From the NCBI GenBank assembly GCA_018400535.1, contig JAGYMQ010000090.1, positions 1 to 58,979 of the forward strand: a stretch of 58,979 nucleotides of DNA, given 5' to 3'. Shown here in pieces: positions 38,650 through 48,874 of the stretch. The translations under genes were made by a program, and so were the position numbers. The notes under the pieces were generated by a model, which was not told the DNA's origin, did not search any database, and was given only the letters and a program-made list of their open reading frames with translations. Numbering within the stretch: the stretch's first letter is position 1; every line of letters begins with the position of its first letter. This stretch comes from Candidatus Cloacimonadota bacterium. GTDB taxonomy: Bacteria > Cloacimonadota > Cloacimonadia > Cloacimonadales > TCS61.

Positions 38650-41625
38650 ATGAAAAAAAACGTCCTATTTCTGATTTTATACCAAATATCTATATTTCTA
38701 ATTGCTTCAGAATTACCTGATTTCAACAGAATTGTGGCAAAACAGCAAAGAGCCGCTGAATTAAAGAGAACAAGTTATGCACGCTGGTTCGATCTAATGC
38801 AGGAAGATAATCGTGAGATGGAAAATTACGACGTAAAATATTATCACATAGATATTGAGATCGATTTTGCTCAGCAATTTGTTCTGGCTTCTGTGCTGAT
38901 GCAAGCCGAAATTGCAGAGAATAATGTGGATGAGATACAGCTTCATTTTACAGACGACCTCGATGTTCTTAATATCCAGCAAAATAATCAAGATCTCACA
39001 TTCACCCACAACGATGGATTGGTCGATATTCAACTTTTGCAGACAGCTAATTCAGGTGACGAAATAGAGATAATTATTTCCTATGAAGGGTTTCCGCAAA
39101 ACCGCTTGAACGACGGCATGAAATTTCAGCAACATAGTGGAACTCCAGTGGTTTTCACGATGGTTTCTCCCAAAGGTGCACGCAAATGGTGGCCCTGCAA
39201 AGACACTCCGGCAGATAAACCCGATTCACTAGCCATCACGATCACCTATCCCAGCCAATATATTTCTGCATCCAACGGAACCTTGATCTCACAGGTGAAT
39301 AACGGGAACGGAACGATCACCAGTCACTGGTTCGAAGCCTATCCGGTTGCTACTTATCTCACCTCACTGGCGATCACAAATTACCAGATCTTCACCTTTA
39401 GCTGGCAATATGCCGGAGAACAGATGGTTGTGGATAATTATCTCTACCCGGAGTTATACGATGTCAGCTCCGCTCTTTTCGCATTAAGTGAAGATATGCT
39501 GACCTTTTACTCCGACACCTATGGGCTCTATCCATTTATTTCTGAGAAATACGGACACGCGACCTGCACTAACCTGGGTGCACTGGCAATGGAGCATCAG
39601 ACCTGTACATCTTTCGATGCTTCCTACATCACCGATCCCGATGCCGAATACACAGTTGCCCACGAGCTTTCACATCAATGGGCAGGAAATTGCCTGAGCA
39701 TCGGTTCCTGGGCACACGTCTGGCTGAAAGAAGGTTTTGCATCCTACAGCGAAGCACTCTGGGCAGAACATCTTTACGGCGAAGATGCGCTTCATGCTTA
39801 CATGTTGAGCGAAGATGGCGGATCTCAACTCGATGAATGCCTCTATCGCGATCCGGATGGAACTGCCAACCATATATTCAACTGGGTGATCTATGCCAAA
39901 GGTTCCTGGACGCTGCACATGCTGCGTGGCGTTCTGGGTGATGACCTATTTTTCCAACTTTTACAGGACTTCATGCAGGATCCCGACCTGATGTATGACA
40001 ATATTCTCACCGACGATCTGGAAAATGCCGCAGAAACAGTAAGCGGAGAAGAACTGGACTGGTTTTTCGATGAATGGTTCTATAACTACGGGCGTCCCCG
40101 CTACAAATATGTGATATATCGTTCCACAGAAGTGGATTCGATGAAAGTTGCGCTGTATTCGGCAGGCAGTGCGGGAGATCCTTTTTCCATGTTCGTTCCC
40201 TACACGATCGGGCAAAACGAAGATCGGTTCTGGGCGGAAGATGGTTTCAATTACTATGACCTGGCAGTGCAGAATATCACAGATTCTTTGAGCTTGGATC
40301 CCGATAACTGGGTGCTGGATTACGGCTACACAAAACAGGTTCCTGTCCTGGAGGAAATACAACCAGAACGCGATGGATCTATTGTGATCGTCTGGGAAGA
40401 ATTTTTCGATCCAGCAATCGACGGCTTCAATATCTACCGCAAACAAGCAGGCGAAAGTTACGAACAGATAAATGCACAACCGGTAAGTGGTAATGCCTAT
40501 TTTGATGCTGATGTAACAGCGGGAACGGAATACTATTACAAAATCGCTGCGGTTTACCAGGAAGCAGGAAATTACATCAGCGATTATTCCAATGAAATTA
40601 CGATCGAACCTGTAAACTATACTTTCGATGAAGGATTATTGCTGGTGGATGCAACGTGGGATTATCCCGCTACTTCACCTTTCCCCGGCGATGCTGAAAT
40701 GGATGCTTTCTACGAAACGGTCATCCCGATCGATCATACTGTTTGGGATATCAATGCTGCTGGTTATCCTCCACTGCCCGAGCTGGCAAAATATTCCAGC
40801 ATTATCTGGTTTACCGACGATATTGTGAATTTTCCCTTCCATAACGAATTGTATTCCATAAAAAGTTACCTGATGGCTGGTGGTAACCTGATGCTTTCCA
40901 GCTGGAAATTACTCTATGATGTTGAAACAGATTTTCAGGAAGAATTTCTGGGATTCACCGATGCCGAAACTCATGTGAATGCAGATTTCTGCGGAGCTTT
41001 CGGGCAATCAGATTTTCCCGATATTGCTATCGATCTCGACAAAGTGCCGCTCACACTCTGGGAAGATAACCTGATGTTCGTAAATAAATTCCAACCGAGC
41101 GCATCGGCAGAAACCATTTACACATACGATTCTTCTACAGACGACCCCGACTGGGAAAATATGCCCTGTGCACAAAGATTCGAAAACGGCTCAATAGCTT
41201 ACACATTCGGCTTCCCTCTCTATTTTATGGAAGAGAGCGAAATAGCCCAGATAATTACAAAGGTTCTGGATGATTTTGGAGAAAATGTGATAGCTGGTCA
41301 GCATGAAATTCCTAATTCCCCGTTACTAATCACCGATCTGGCTAATTATCCAAATCCCTTCAATCCTTCTACAACTATTTCTTTTTCTCTCACCATGGAG
41401 TGTGCTGAGAATACGAAGATCATTATTTATAATTTGAAAGGACAAAAGATTTGCACTTTGAAGTGCATTGACTACGTCGATGTTGCATCATCTCAGATGA
41501 TGCACTCCAGTGTCTGGGATGGAAGAGATGAGAATAATAAATCTGTCTCAACCGGGATCTATTTTTACAAATTGCTGATCGATGACCGAGAAGTCGCTTC
41601 GAATAAAATGCTTTTGCTCAAATAG
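38650..41625 (+). CDS. Secreted M1-family zinc aminopeptidase with FN3-like domain and T9SS/FlgD-type C-terminal sorting domain
   Basis: 991 aa. Signal peptide. HELSHQW with WLKEGFASY (HExxH-18-E). FN3-like FNIYRK...YYYKIAAVY. C-terminus NYPNPFNPSTTISF...GIYFYKL. Confidence 0.88.
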   Translation: MKKNVLFLILYQISIFLIASELPDFNRIVAKQQRAAELKRTSYARWFDLMQEDNREMENYDVKYYHIDIEIDFAQQFVLASVLMQAEIAENNVDEIQLHFTDDLDVLNIQQNNQDLTFTHNDGLVDIQLLQTANSGDEIEIIISYEGFPQNRLNDGMKFQQHSGTPVVFTMVSPKGARKWWPCKDTPADKPDSLAITITYPSQYISASNGTLISQVNNGNGTITSHWFEAYPVATYLTSLAITNYQIFTFSWQYAGEQMVVDNYLYPELYDVSSALFALSEDMLTFYSDTYGLYPFISEKYGHATCTNLGALAMEHQTCTSFDASYITDPDAEYTVAHELSHQWAGNCLSIGSWAHVWLKEGFASYSEALWAEHLYGEDALHAYMLSEDGGSQLDECLYRDPDGTANHIFNWVIYAKGSWTLHMLRGVLGDDLFFQLLQDFMQDPDLMYDNILTDDLENAAETVSGEELDWFFDEWFYNYGRPRYKYVIYRSTEVDSMKVALYSAGSAGDPFSMFVPYTIGQNEDRFWAEDGFNYYDLAVQNITDSLSLDPDNWVLDYGYTKQVPVLEEIQPERDGSIVIVWEEFFDPAIDGFNIYRKQAGESYEQINAQPVSGNAYFDADVTAGTEYYYKIAAVYQEAGNYISDYSNEITIEPVNYTFDEGLLLVDATWDYPATSPFPGDAEMDAFYETVIPIDHTVWDINAAGYPPLPELAKYSSIIWFTDDIVNFPFHNELYSIKSYLMAGGNLMLSSWKLLYDVETDFQEEFLGFTDAETHVNADFCGAFGQSDFPDIAIDLDKVPLTLWEDNLMFVNKFQPSASAETIYTYDSSTDDPDWENMPCAQRFENGSIAYTFGFPLYFMEESEIAQIITKVLDDFGENVIAGQHEIPNSPLLITDLANYPNPFNPSTTISFSLTMECAENTKIIIYNLKGQKICTLKCIDYVDVASSQMMHSSVWDGRDENNKSVSTGIYFYKLLIDDREVASNKMLLLK

Positions 41626-41687
41626 AATAAGGGAAACCAGCTTGATCCTGAATATATTCCAAGTCGTGATATGTTATGATCATCAGT

Positions 41688-42320
41688 TTATCCGGACAAT
41701 ATTTTTTTTTTACAATCGGGACAGACGCTGTGTAACAAATGCGATTTTGTCTGGATTCTGATATATTCTTCAGCTTCTACCCATTCTCCTTCTTCTGTGC
41801 GGATCTTCTTGCAATAGGAACACATTGGCACAAGTTCTTCAAGGGTTTTAATACGCTGGATCGCATCTTTCAATTCTTCGATCGTTTCTTCCAATTTACG
41901 TTCTGCTTTTTTGCGGACTTTGATCTCTAACAAAAGGTCTTCTTTATAATCTTCGATCGCCAGAGCGCTTTTGATCATTCCTCTAAGCTGATAAATATTT
42001 ACTGGCTTTTCTGTGAAAAATCTGACACCAGTTTTGTAACAATCGCGAATAGATTTATCAGAGGCATATCCTGTGAGAACAATCACAGAAAAATTATCTG
42101 TCACAGAAGGTTTTAGCAACGAAAGGAATTTTGGTCCATCCAAAACTGGCATTTTCAGATCAAGAATGATCACATTTGGTTTGTGCTTTTTTACCAGCGT
42201 TAATCCTTCTTTTCCATTTTCCGCAAAATACAGCTGATACTTTTCTTTTCTCAAGATCGTCCGAATTGACTCTCGCACCGAATCATCGTCATCAATAATC
42301 AAAATTACAGGTTCTTTCAT
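41688..42320 (-). CDS. Response regulator: receiver domain, coiled coil and C-terminal four-Cys domain
   Basis: ATG at 42320, 8 nt after AGGAGG (the track start 42344 would include the RBS). REC domain with DDDD and ILDLKMP. C-terminus CSYCKKIRTEEGEWVEAEEYI...HSVCPDCKK. Confidence 0.85.
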   Translation of the reverse strand: MKEPVILIIDDDDSVRESIRTILRKEKYQLYFAENGKEGLTLVKKHKPNVIILDLKMPVLDGPKFLSLLKPSVTDNFSVIVLTGYASDKSIRDCYKTGVRFFTEKPVNIYQLRGMIKSALAIEDYKEDLLLEIKVRKKAERKLEETIEELKDAIQRIKTLEELVPMCSYCKKIRTEEGEWVEAEEYIRIQTKSHLLHSVCPDCKKKILSG

Positions 42321-42396
42321 AAATATCTTCCTCCTAAAAGACAATAAAATCTAAATTATATATTTCTCTTTTCAAAATCAGGAAATATTAGGCAAA

Positions 42397-44985
42397 TTAT
42401 TTTTTTGTTTTTTCTATCTGTCCATTTTCTATTGGCAAAGAAATTCGGAAATTCGTTCCTTCCCCTGGAGTTGAAATACATTCTGTTTGTCCGCTGAAAC
42501 TATCAATAATCCCATAAACGATAGACAAACCGAGTCCTGTTCCTTTGCCCACTTCTTTTGTTGTCCAGAATGGATCAAAAAGGTGTCTTTGAATTTCTTC
42601 TGGAATTCCCGGTCCATTATCAATGATATTAATTTCAATTTTTTCATTTTTCTGTTTTTTGATGCTCACAATTATTTTGGGTTCATCGATATTATATTCC
42701 AAAGCATCGATCGCATTCTGCAATAGATTGATAAATACCTGCTCCAGTTTGATAGAATTTGCTTTGACTTTTGGCAGTTTTTTTTCCAGATCTTTTTGCA
42801 AAACAATATTGCGTAATTTGATCTTTTGATAGAGGATCAATAAGCTATTCTCAAAGGTTTCAGTGACATCGATCTTTTCCAGAATATTATCATCGACTCG
42901 TCCAAAAGTTCTTAGATGGCTGATGATCTTGACAATTCTCTGCACCTGATATTCGCAATTTTCCAATCTTTTCAATGAACTTTCTGGATCTATTTCGTCG
43001 AGCTCAAAATCTTCGATCAGAGTTTGGATGACCGTATTGATGTAAGTTAATGGTTGATTGATCTCGTGAGCGATTCCAGTCGCGATCTTTCCCAAAGAAG
43101 CCATTTTGGAATGAGTGAACATTTGCAATTCCAGTTCTTTGGCCATATTTTCTGCGATCTTTTTATCTGTGATATCACGGAAAATACTGATAGTGCCAAT
43201 ATATCTATCTTCATCGAAGCGTGGAGAAACGGTTACATCGATGATCTTTTCCTTTTTATCTGCACCAGAAATCATTAATTCATAATTGCTTGTAATTCCC
43301 ATTTTACGATGCTTGATCTGCTGATCTATGATCTCTTTGCCTTCTTCATCCACAAATTCATATAAAGATTTGCCGACCAGGTCATTATTATCCATTGCAA
43401 ATATTTTGTTTGCTGCATCATTTGCTACAGTGATCTGCTCTTTTTCATCAACCTGACAGATACCTTCGCCCACGCTTTCAAAGAGATTTTGATATTTGAT
43501 CTCTGCCAGCGTTCTATTTCTGATCTCGGTTTTGAGTTTCTCTGTCAACTTTTCCAGTTCTCTGGTTCTTGCGATTATCCGATCTTCCAATTTTTCATTC
43601 ATTAAAAGCAATTCATTTTTATACAATGCCCGACTGACGAAATTCCCTATCTCGATCCCAATCGTTTCCAAAAGGTCTTTTTCAAAATCATCGAAATAGT
43701 ATTTATGATATTGAAAAACATTTACCGCTCCAATCACATCATTTTCTGCAATAATTGGGATGCTGGCCACAGCTTTAATATTATATTCTTTCGCAATACG
43801 TGGATGTAACTTTTCGTAATTTTCCAGAAATAGTGGTTTCTTTTCCACAAAGATCAGATCATAGGGTTTTTTATGAACATCCACTATTCTAACTTCTCTT
43901 TCAAATAGTTCATCCACGTTTTTCTTTGCAACCAGTTCTGCGAATATTTTGTTTTTTTGATTTATGATATAAATTCCACCACCATCAATATCTAAAAGCT
44001 TTGTGGTCTGATCCAATACATTATCTAAAAGCTTTTGATAATCTTCAAATTTACTGGCGGAACAAGCAACAATTCTAAGGATCTCTGCCTTTTTTCTGGA
44101 TTTTTCCAAGATCTTTTCTGCTCTATGTCGTTCAGTGACATCACGCGAGATTCCGAATATGCAAGGTTGATCTTCCCAGTTTCCGATCCAGGCTCGAGTT
44201 TCAACTGGAATTTGAGATCCATCTTTTCGTTTCAAAGAAAGAGGGCAGGTATTTCTTTTTCCTTCCAGCATTTCTGCAATGATATTTTGTGCGTCAGCTT
44301 GATCTTCTTCAGGATGGACATCGATAATTTTCATCGTTTTCAATTCTTCCAAAGAATAGCCAAGTGCATCAATTGAGGCTTGATTGGCATACAAAATTTT
44401 GCCTTCTTCAGCTGTCCCGATTATGATCATATCCTGGATAGTTTCCAGAAAGGAATGGTAGTTTTTCACGTTTGACTCATATCTTTTTGTGATCTTTATT
44501 CTTTCTAAAAAATTTGAATATATTCCCGACAGGATTTTTGCCAGATCAATTTCTTTCTTTGTCCAATGATGAAATCTATCACAAATATCAAAGCCGATAA
44601 ATCCATTCATTGTATCATTTTTGGTGAGAGGGAAGATCAAGATGGATTTAATGTTTTGCGGTTTCAAAATATCATAAAGGTCTTTGGGCAGATTTTTGAT
44701 ATCATCAGCAAGAATGATCTTGTCCATTTCCAAAACTTTTTTGTAGGATGGTATGATACTATAAGGTATGTTCTGCAGGTTTCCTTTTTCTGGTTTGATA
44801 CCTTTATTACACCATTCATAGGTGTTGGATGTCATCAGTCTCAGTTCGTCATCTTCAAAAATATAGACTCTGCTCACATTCAAATATTTTCCCACATAAC
44901 CTAATGTTTCATCGATATTTTTTTTCGGGTCATGTAGTTTTGATAATTTCAATCCGATCTGTGACAGCAATTCTTGAATGTCCAT
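42397..44985 (-). CDS. Soluble sensor histidine kinase (GAF-PAS-GAF-PAS-HisKA-HATPase)
   Basis: 862 aa with no obvious TM segment. H-box GIAHEINQPL, N-box LLQNAIDAL, G-boxes DNGPGIP and GTGLGLSIV. AAGGAG RBS. Confidence 0.9.
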   Translation of the reverse strand: MDIQELLSQIGLKLSKLHDPKKNIDETLGYVGKYLNVSRVYIFEDDELRLMTSNTYEWCNKGIKPEKGNLQNIPYSIIPSYKKVLEMDKIILADDIKNLPKDLYDILKPQNIKSILIFPLTKNDTMNGFIGFDICDRFHHWTKKEIDLAKILSGIYSNFLERIKITKRYESNVKNYHSFLETIQDMIIIGTAEEGKILYANQASIDALGYSLEELKTMKIIDVHPEEDQADAQNIIAEMLEGKRNTCPLSLKRKDGSQIPVETRAWIGNWEDQPCIFGISRDVTERHRAEKILEKSRKKAEILRIVACSASKFEDYQKLLDNVLDQTTKLLDIDGGGIYIINQKNKIFAELVAKKNVDELFEREVRIVDVHKKPYDLIFVEKKPLFLENYEKLHPRIAKEYNIKAVASIPIIAENDVIGAVNVFQYHKYYFDDFEKDLLETIGIEIGNFVSRALYKNELLLMNEKLEDRIIARTRELEKLTEKLKTEIRNRTLAEIKYQNLFESVGEGICQVDEKEQITVANDAANKIFAMDNNDLVGKSLYEFVDEEGKEIIDQQIKHRKMGITSNYELMISGADKKEKIIDVTVSPRFDEDRYIGTISIFRDITDKKIAENMAKELELQMFTHSKMASLGKIATGIAHEINQPLTYINTVIQTLIEDFELDEIDPESSLKRLENCEYQVQRIVKIISHLRTFGRVDDNILEKIDVTETFENSLLILYQKIKLRNIVLQKDLEKKLPKVKANSIKLEQVFINLLQNAIDALEYNIDEPKIIVSIKKQKNEKIEINIIDNGPGIPEEIQRHLFDPFWTTKEVGKGTGLGLSIVYGIIDSFSGQTECISTPGEGTNFRISLPIENGQIEKTKK

Positions 44986-45328
44986 TGTAACTCCTTCAGT
45001 AAATAATTCTTTTACTTGAAAAAAATTTACCTGAATGCAAACAAGCTGTTTTGCAAATTATTTTTTTGTTTGAAAATCTTTGATCATTTTTTCTTTCAAC
45101 ATAAAGAATTTTTGATTTCAATAGCGTTCCGTTTTTTTTTGATAATATCACTATCATCATCTTTGACGTGTCGTCAGATTTCCCAAGCTCTGTTTTGATC
45201 AACGCAAAAAACATGATCTTTTTTTGTGAATTCTTATGTGATAAATTCAATATCTTCAAAATATTCTGTTTTTGTTACTGGAACGCAATTCTTTTTATCA
45301 TAGATAAATTTTTTTGCCATTATTTTTT

Positions 45329-45910
45329 TTATTTTTGAATCTTATATACTTTATAACTTTCTACATCATCAATCCAATAAGTTTTATCATCTTTATCTGG
45401 AATCGAGATGACGATCCTTCCAAAACGAGCTGTGCTGTTGAAAAAACCAGAAGTCAATTCTGCTTTGGTCCAATCAGTTCCAGGATAGACCTTTTGGCTA
45501 AATTTACTCACCTGTTTTCCTTTTTCATTGAAACCTAGAAAACGAAGATAGACTTGATGATTGGATTGATAATTTGTTTTTATAAAGCAACGCGTGTAGT
45601 AAACAAATTGTGGATTGATTGGAAATGCATCGGAGACGATATTAATATTTTCTTCAGGATTTTCCACGCGCAAACTTTTGTTACCTTGATGAATATACTT
45701 ATCATCCCAAAAGAGAAATTCAGTATCACCATCCAAAGATATCCAACCTTTGGGCATTTGCTCTAAATCTGATCCTTGTTCAAAACTGGAATTGAGCACA
45801 TTATTTTCCTGACTTTTTATATCATCTTCAGAAAAATCTGTGATCGAACCAAAAACACAGCTTGTAATAACTGAAGCGATTACCAAGATTTCTACCACGA
45901 CTGTGAACAT
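45329..45910 (-). CDS. Membrane-anchored beta-rich protein of unknown function (CBM/galactose-binding-like); last gene of the mre/rod operon
   Basis: 193 aa. N-terminal TM helix. Starts 9 nt after the rodA stop. NSSFEQG...PKGW...GNKSLRVEN resembles a CBM4/9-type fold (weak). Confidence 0.55.
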   Translation of the reverse strand: MFTVVVEILVIASVITSCVFGSITDFSEDDIKSQENNVLNSSFEQGSDLEQMPKGWISLDGDTEFLFWDDKYIHQGNKSLRVENPEENINIVSDAFPINPQFVYYTRCFIKTNYQSNHQVYLRFLGFNEKGKQVSKFSQKVYPGTDWTKAELTSGFFNSTARFGRIVISIPDKDDKTYWIDDVESYKVYKIQK

Positions 45911-45918
45911 AATAACTC

Positions 45919-47127
45919 CTATAAAAAAATACTTTTCTCATTGATAAATTTTAGGATCAAACCGACAGCGAGCACATTGATCAAAAGATTCGATCCGCCA
46001 TAACTGATGAACGGCAGAGGAATTCCCGTCGTCGGCATAATGCCTATATTCATTCCAACATTCACGACTATTTGAAAAGACAGATAAGCCAGCATGCCGA
46101 CTGCTGCATAACGAAAGACTTTTCGATTTAAACTCAAGATCCTGTTGCTGATCCTGAACAAAAACAAAAATAAAAATAGCAAAAGAAACATGCAACCTAA
46201 AAAACCAAATTCTTCTCCAATTACCGAAAAAATAAAATCAGTGTGATGTTCAGGTAGAAAATTTAGATTTTTTTGAGTGCCAGACAAGAACCCCTTTCCC
46301 AGAAGGCCACCCGAGCCGATTGCGATCTTTGACTGAATGATCTGGTAGCCGCTGCCAAAGGGACTGTGCATTGGATTGATGAAAGAAAGGATGCGCTCTT
46401 GCTGATAAGTTTTCAGATTATTCCAGATAATTGGCGTGATGAAAAAGAAAAATGAATTTATCACTACGGTGAATCCAATCACAACTTTACTCAGATTTAT
46501 TCGGAGTAAGATCAAAATAAGCGCAACGATATAAATGCCATACAACAGCAGCGAGAAAGAGGTGATGATACTGAAAAGAGGGCTGATGAAAAGAATCAGA
46601 TAGAAAAATGGAAGGTCTGAAACTGCGAGAATGGCAAAGACGCTGAAGATGATCGTGAGCGCAGTTCCCAGATCTGGTTCCATCAAGATCAAAATGATCG
46701 GACCGAGAGAAAATAGAATTACTGTTCGAAGGATCGCAATTTCACTCAAACGTGATTTTGAAAGAAATTTTGCGATGATTAGGATCAAGCTGAGCTTTGC
46801 CAGTTCGGAAGCCTGGAAATTCATAAATCCCAGCTGAATCCAGCGATGTGAACCTTTCACCTGCGGAAAGAAAAGGGCCAGAACTAATAGAATGAGCGAA
46901 AAAATATAAAGTGGAACAATAAAAATATCGATTATATTATAAGGAATTTTTTGCAAAATAAAAAGCATAATAATCGAGATGATGATCCAGAGTATCTGTT
47001 TTAAATAATAATTTTCTGTAGTGATTACATTGCCCACTTTCGTTGAAGAAGCAGAATAAATAAAAAATACGCCACTAAACATCAAGAGTAAAAGCAAAAA
47101 GAAAATGATCCAGTCAAAATTTTTCAT
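45919..47127 (-). CDS. rodA: Peptidoglycan glycosyltransferase RodA (SEDS family)
   Basis: 402 aa, polytopic. QLGFMNFQASELAKL, PEHHTDFIFS and GIPLPFISYGGS motifs. Confidence 0.93.
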   Translation of the reverse strand: MKNFDWIIFFLLLLLMFSGVFFIYSASSTKVGNVITTENYYLKQILWIIISIIMLFILQKIPYNIIDIFIVPLYIFSLILLVLALFFPQVKGSHRWIQLGFMNFQASELAKLSLILIIAKFLSKSRLSEIAILRTVILFSLGPIILILMEPDLGTALTIIFSVFAILAVSDLPFFYLILFISPLFSIITSFSLLLYGIYIVALILILLRINLSKVVIGFTVVINSFFFFITPIIWNNLKTYQQERILSFINPMHSPFGSGYQIIQSKIAIGSGGLLGKGFLSGTQKNLNFLPEHHTDFIFSVIGEEFGFLGCMFLLLFLFLFLFRISNRILSLNRKVFRYAAVGMLAYLSFQIVVNVGMNIGIMPTTGIPLPFISYGGSNLLINVLAVGLILKFINEKSIFL

Positions 47128-47128
47128 A

Positions 47129-48874
47129 TTATAAACTCAAATAAAATCTGATGATCTTTCGGGCTAATGGAGCTGCCACACTGCCGCCATGCCCGGCATT
47201 TTCTAAAAATACAACGAACGCTAGATCAGAATCTTTTTCACGCATAAAACCAGCAAACCAGGCATGTGTTTCAGTGCCCATATGATTTTCTGCTGATCCT
47301 GTTTTTCCATAAACTGTTGGTTCAGAAATGCGGGCTGCCCCGCCCGTTCCATAAGCTTCGTTCACCACTTTGAACAAAGAATTTTCAATGATCGCAAAAT
47401 TTTCTGCCGAGATCGGTAATTTTTTCTTTGTTTGAATAAACCGTGTTGTTCGTTTTTCTGTGATACTACGTGCGAAGAGATGTGGTTCGACCCATAACCC
47501 ATCATTGCACAAAGCAGCGTAATAAGCACATATCTGCAGGGGAGTTACTAAAATCTCGCCCTGTCCGATCGCCAGATTAACTTTTTGTCCTTCAATGCTA
47601 ATATATTTTCCATAATTATCTACATACCATTTTTTATCGGGAAAAAATCCAGTTCTTTCACCAGTCAGATCGATTCCGGTTTTGATCGTCATCATATTCT
47701 GGCGTGTGTGAACTTTGATCTCGTCCAAAGTCAATTTTGTGGAAAGATCGTAGAAAAAAACATCGCAGGAATATTTTATAGCATCGATCACGTTAAGCCT
47801 GCCATGTCCTTGTTCCCACCAGCATTTGAAAAACCGATTTCCCACCTGCAATCCGCCGGTGCAGTTTGCCAATTTTGTCCTAGCATCAATGATCTTTTTT
47901 TCCAATCCCAGAGAGGCAATGATCGGTTTATAGACAGAACCTGGCGGATAAGTGCCGTGAATCACTCTATCCAACAAAGGATTATCAGGATCATTAATGA
48001 GCGCATTCCATTCTTGATTGGAAATATTGGAGCTGAAAATATTCTGGTCAAAATCTGGTTTGCTCACATAGGCCAGAACTGCGCCATTTCTTGGATTCAT
48101 CAAAACGACAGCACCTTTTCTATCTTTGGGAAAAATTTTTGAAATCTGTTCTTGCAACCTGTTGTCAATTGCCAGGATCAAGTCTGCGCCGTTGGTCGCT
48201 TTTTTTTCCAGATTATTTTTGAAGAATTGCAGATTTTTTCCGCTGGCATCCACCTGAATTATTTCATAGCCATTTTCTCCGCGTAATAGTGTTTCATATT
48301 TTTTTTCCAGACCATTTTTTCCCAGGAAACTATTTATCGAATAACCATTCTCTCGGAGTTTATCATATTCATGTGTATTGATCCGGCCAAGATGTCCCGT
48401 GAAATGATTTTCATAGTGATATTTGCGAACAGCTTCTGCTTTATAGCTTAGAGAAGGAAAGTAATTAAATTTCTCTGCAGCTTTCACCAGTTTGTCATAA
48501 TTGACATTTTGTAAAATCAAAATTTCCTGAAATAGACGGAAGCGATTTTCATAAATAACTTTTTGGATCTCGTCACGAGGTAGGGCAAAGGTTTTACTCA
48601 GAAAATCTGTTACTTTTTCTCTATCGATGATCTTTCCTGGAGAAATGTAGATATTGTAGGAAGGTTTATTGGTGACGATCGGTTGATAATTTCGGTCATA
48701 GATCTCTCCTCTGACAGGATAGATTGTTTTAATGCGCAAAAAATTATTTTCTGCGGTGATCCGATATTTATCGTGTTCGATGATCTGCAAATTAAAGATT
48801 GAGATCATTAACATAATGAATATTATAAAAATTGGATATTGGAGTATTTTTTTGAGAGTTTTTCTATTATACAT
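47129..48874 (-). CDS. mrdA: Penicillin-binding protein 2 (elongasome transpeptidase)
   Basis: The track ORF extends to TTG 48901. ATG 48874 is preferred, but the start is uncertain. SVYKP (SxxK), SCD (SxN-like) and KTGSA (KTG) motifs. Confidence 0.9.
   Translation of the reverse strand: MYNRKTLKKILQYPIFIIFIMLMISIFNLQIIEHDKYRITAENNFLRIKTIYPVRGEIYDRNYQPIVTNKPSYNIYISPGKIIDREKVTDFLSKTFALPRDEIQKVIYENRFRLFQEILILQNVNYDKLVKAAEKFNYFPSLSYKAEAVRKYHYENHFTGHLGRINTHEYDKLRENGYSINSFLGKNGLEKKYETLLRGENGYEIIQVDASGKNLQFFKNNLEKKATNGADLILAIDNRLQEQISKIFPKDRKGAVVLMNPRNGAVLAYVSKPDFDQNIFSSNISNQEWNALINDPDNPLLDRVIHGTYPPGSVYKPIIASLGLEKKIIDARTKLANCTGGLQVGNRFFKCWWEQGHGRLNVIDAIKYSCDVFFYDLSTKLTLDEIKVHTRQNMMTIKTGIDLTGERTGFFPDKKWYVDNYGKYISIEGQKVNLAIGQGEILVTPLQICAYYAALCNDGLWVEPHLFARSITEKRTTRFIQTKKKLPISAENFAIIENSLFKVVNEAYGTGGAARISEPTVYGKTGSAENHMGTETHAWFAGFMREKDSDLAFVVFLENAGHGGSVAAPLARKIIRFYLSL

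Noticed and set aside
44996-45259. An 87-aa minus-strand ORF and a 60-aa plus-strand ORF in the spacer between the operon-terminal gene and the histidine kinase.
   Set aside because: They have low-complexity K/I/F-rich composition driven by A/T runs, with no RBS. This is more likely the kinase promoter and 5' UTR region.
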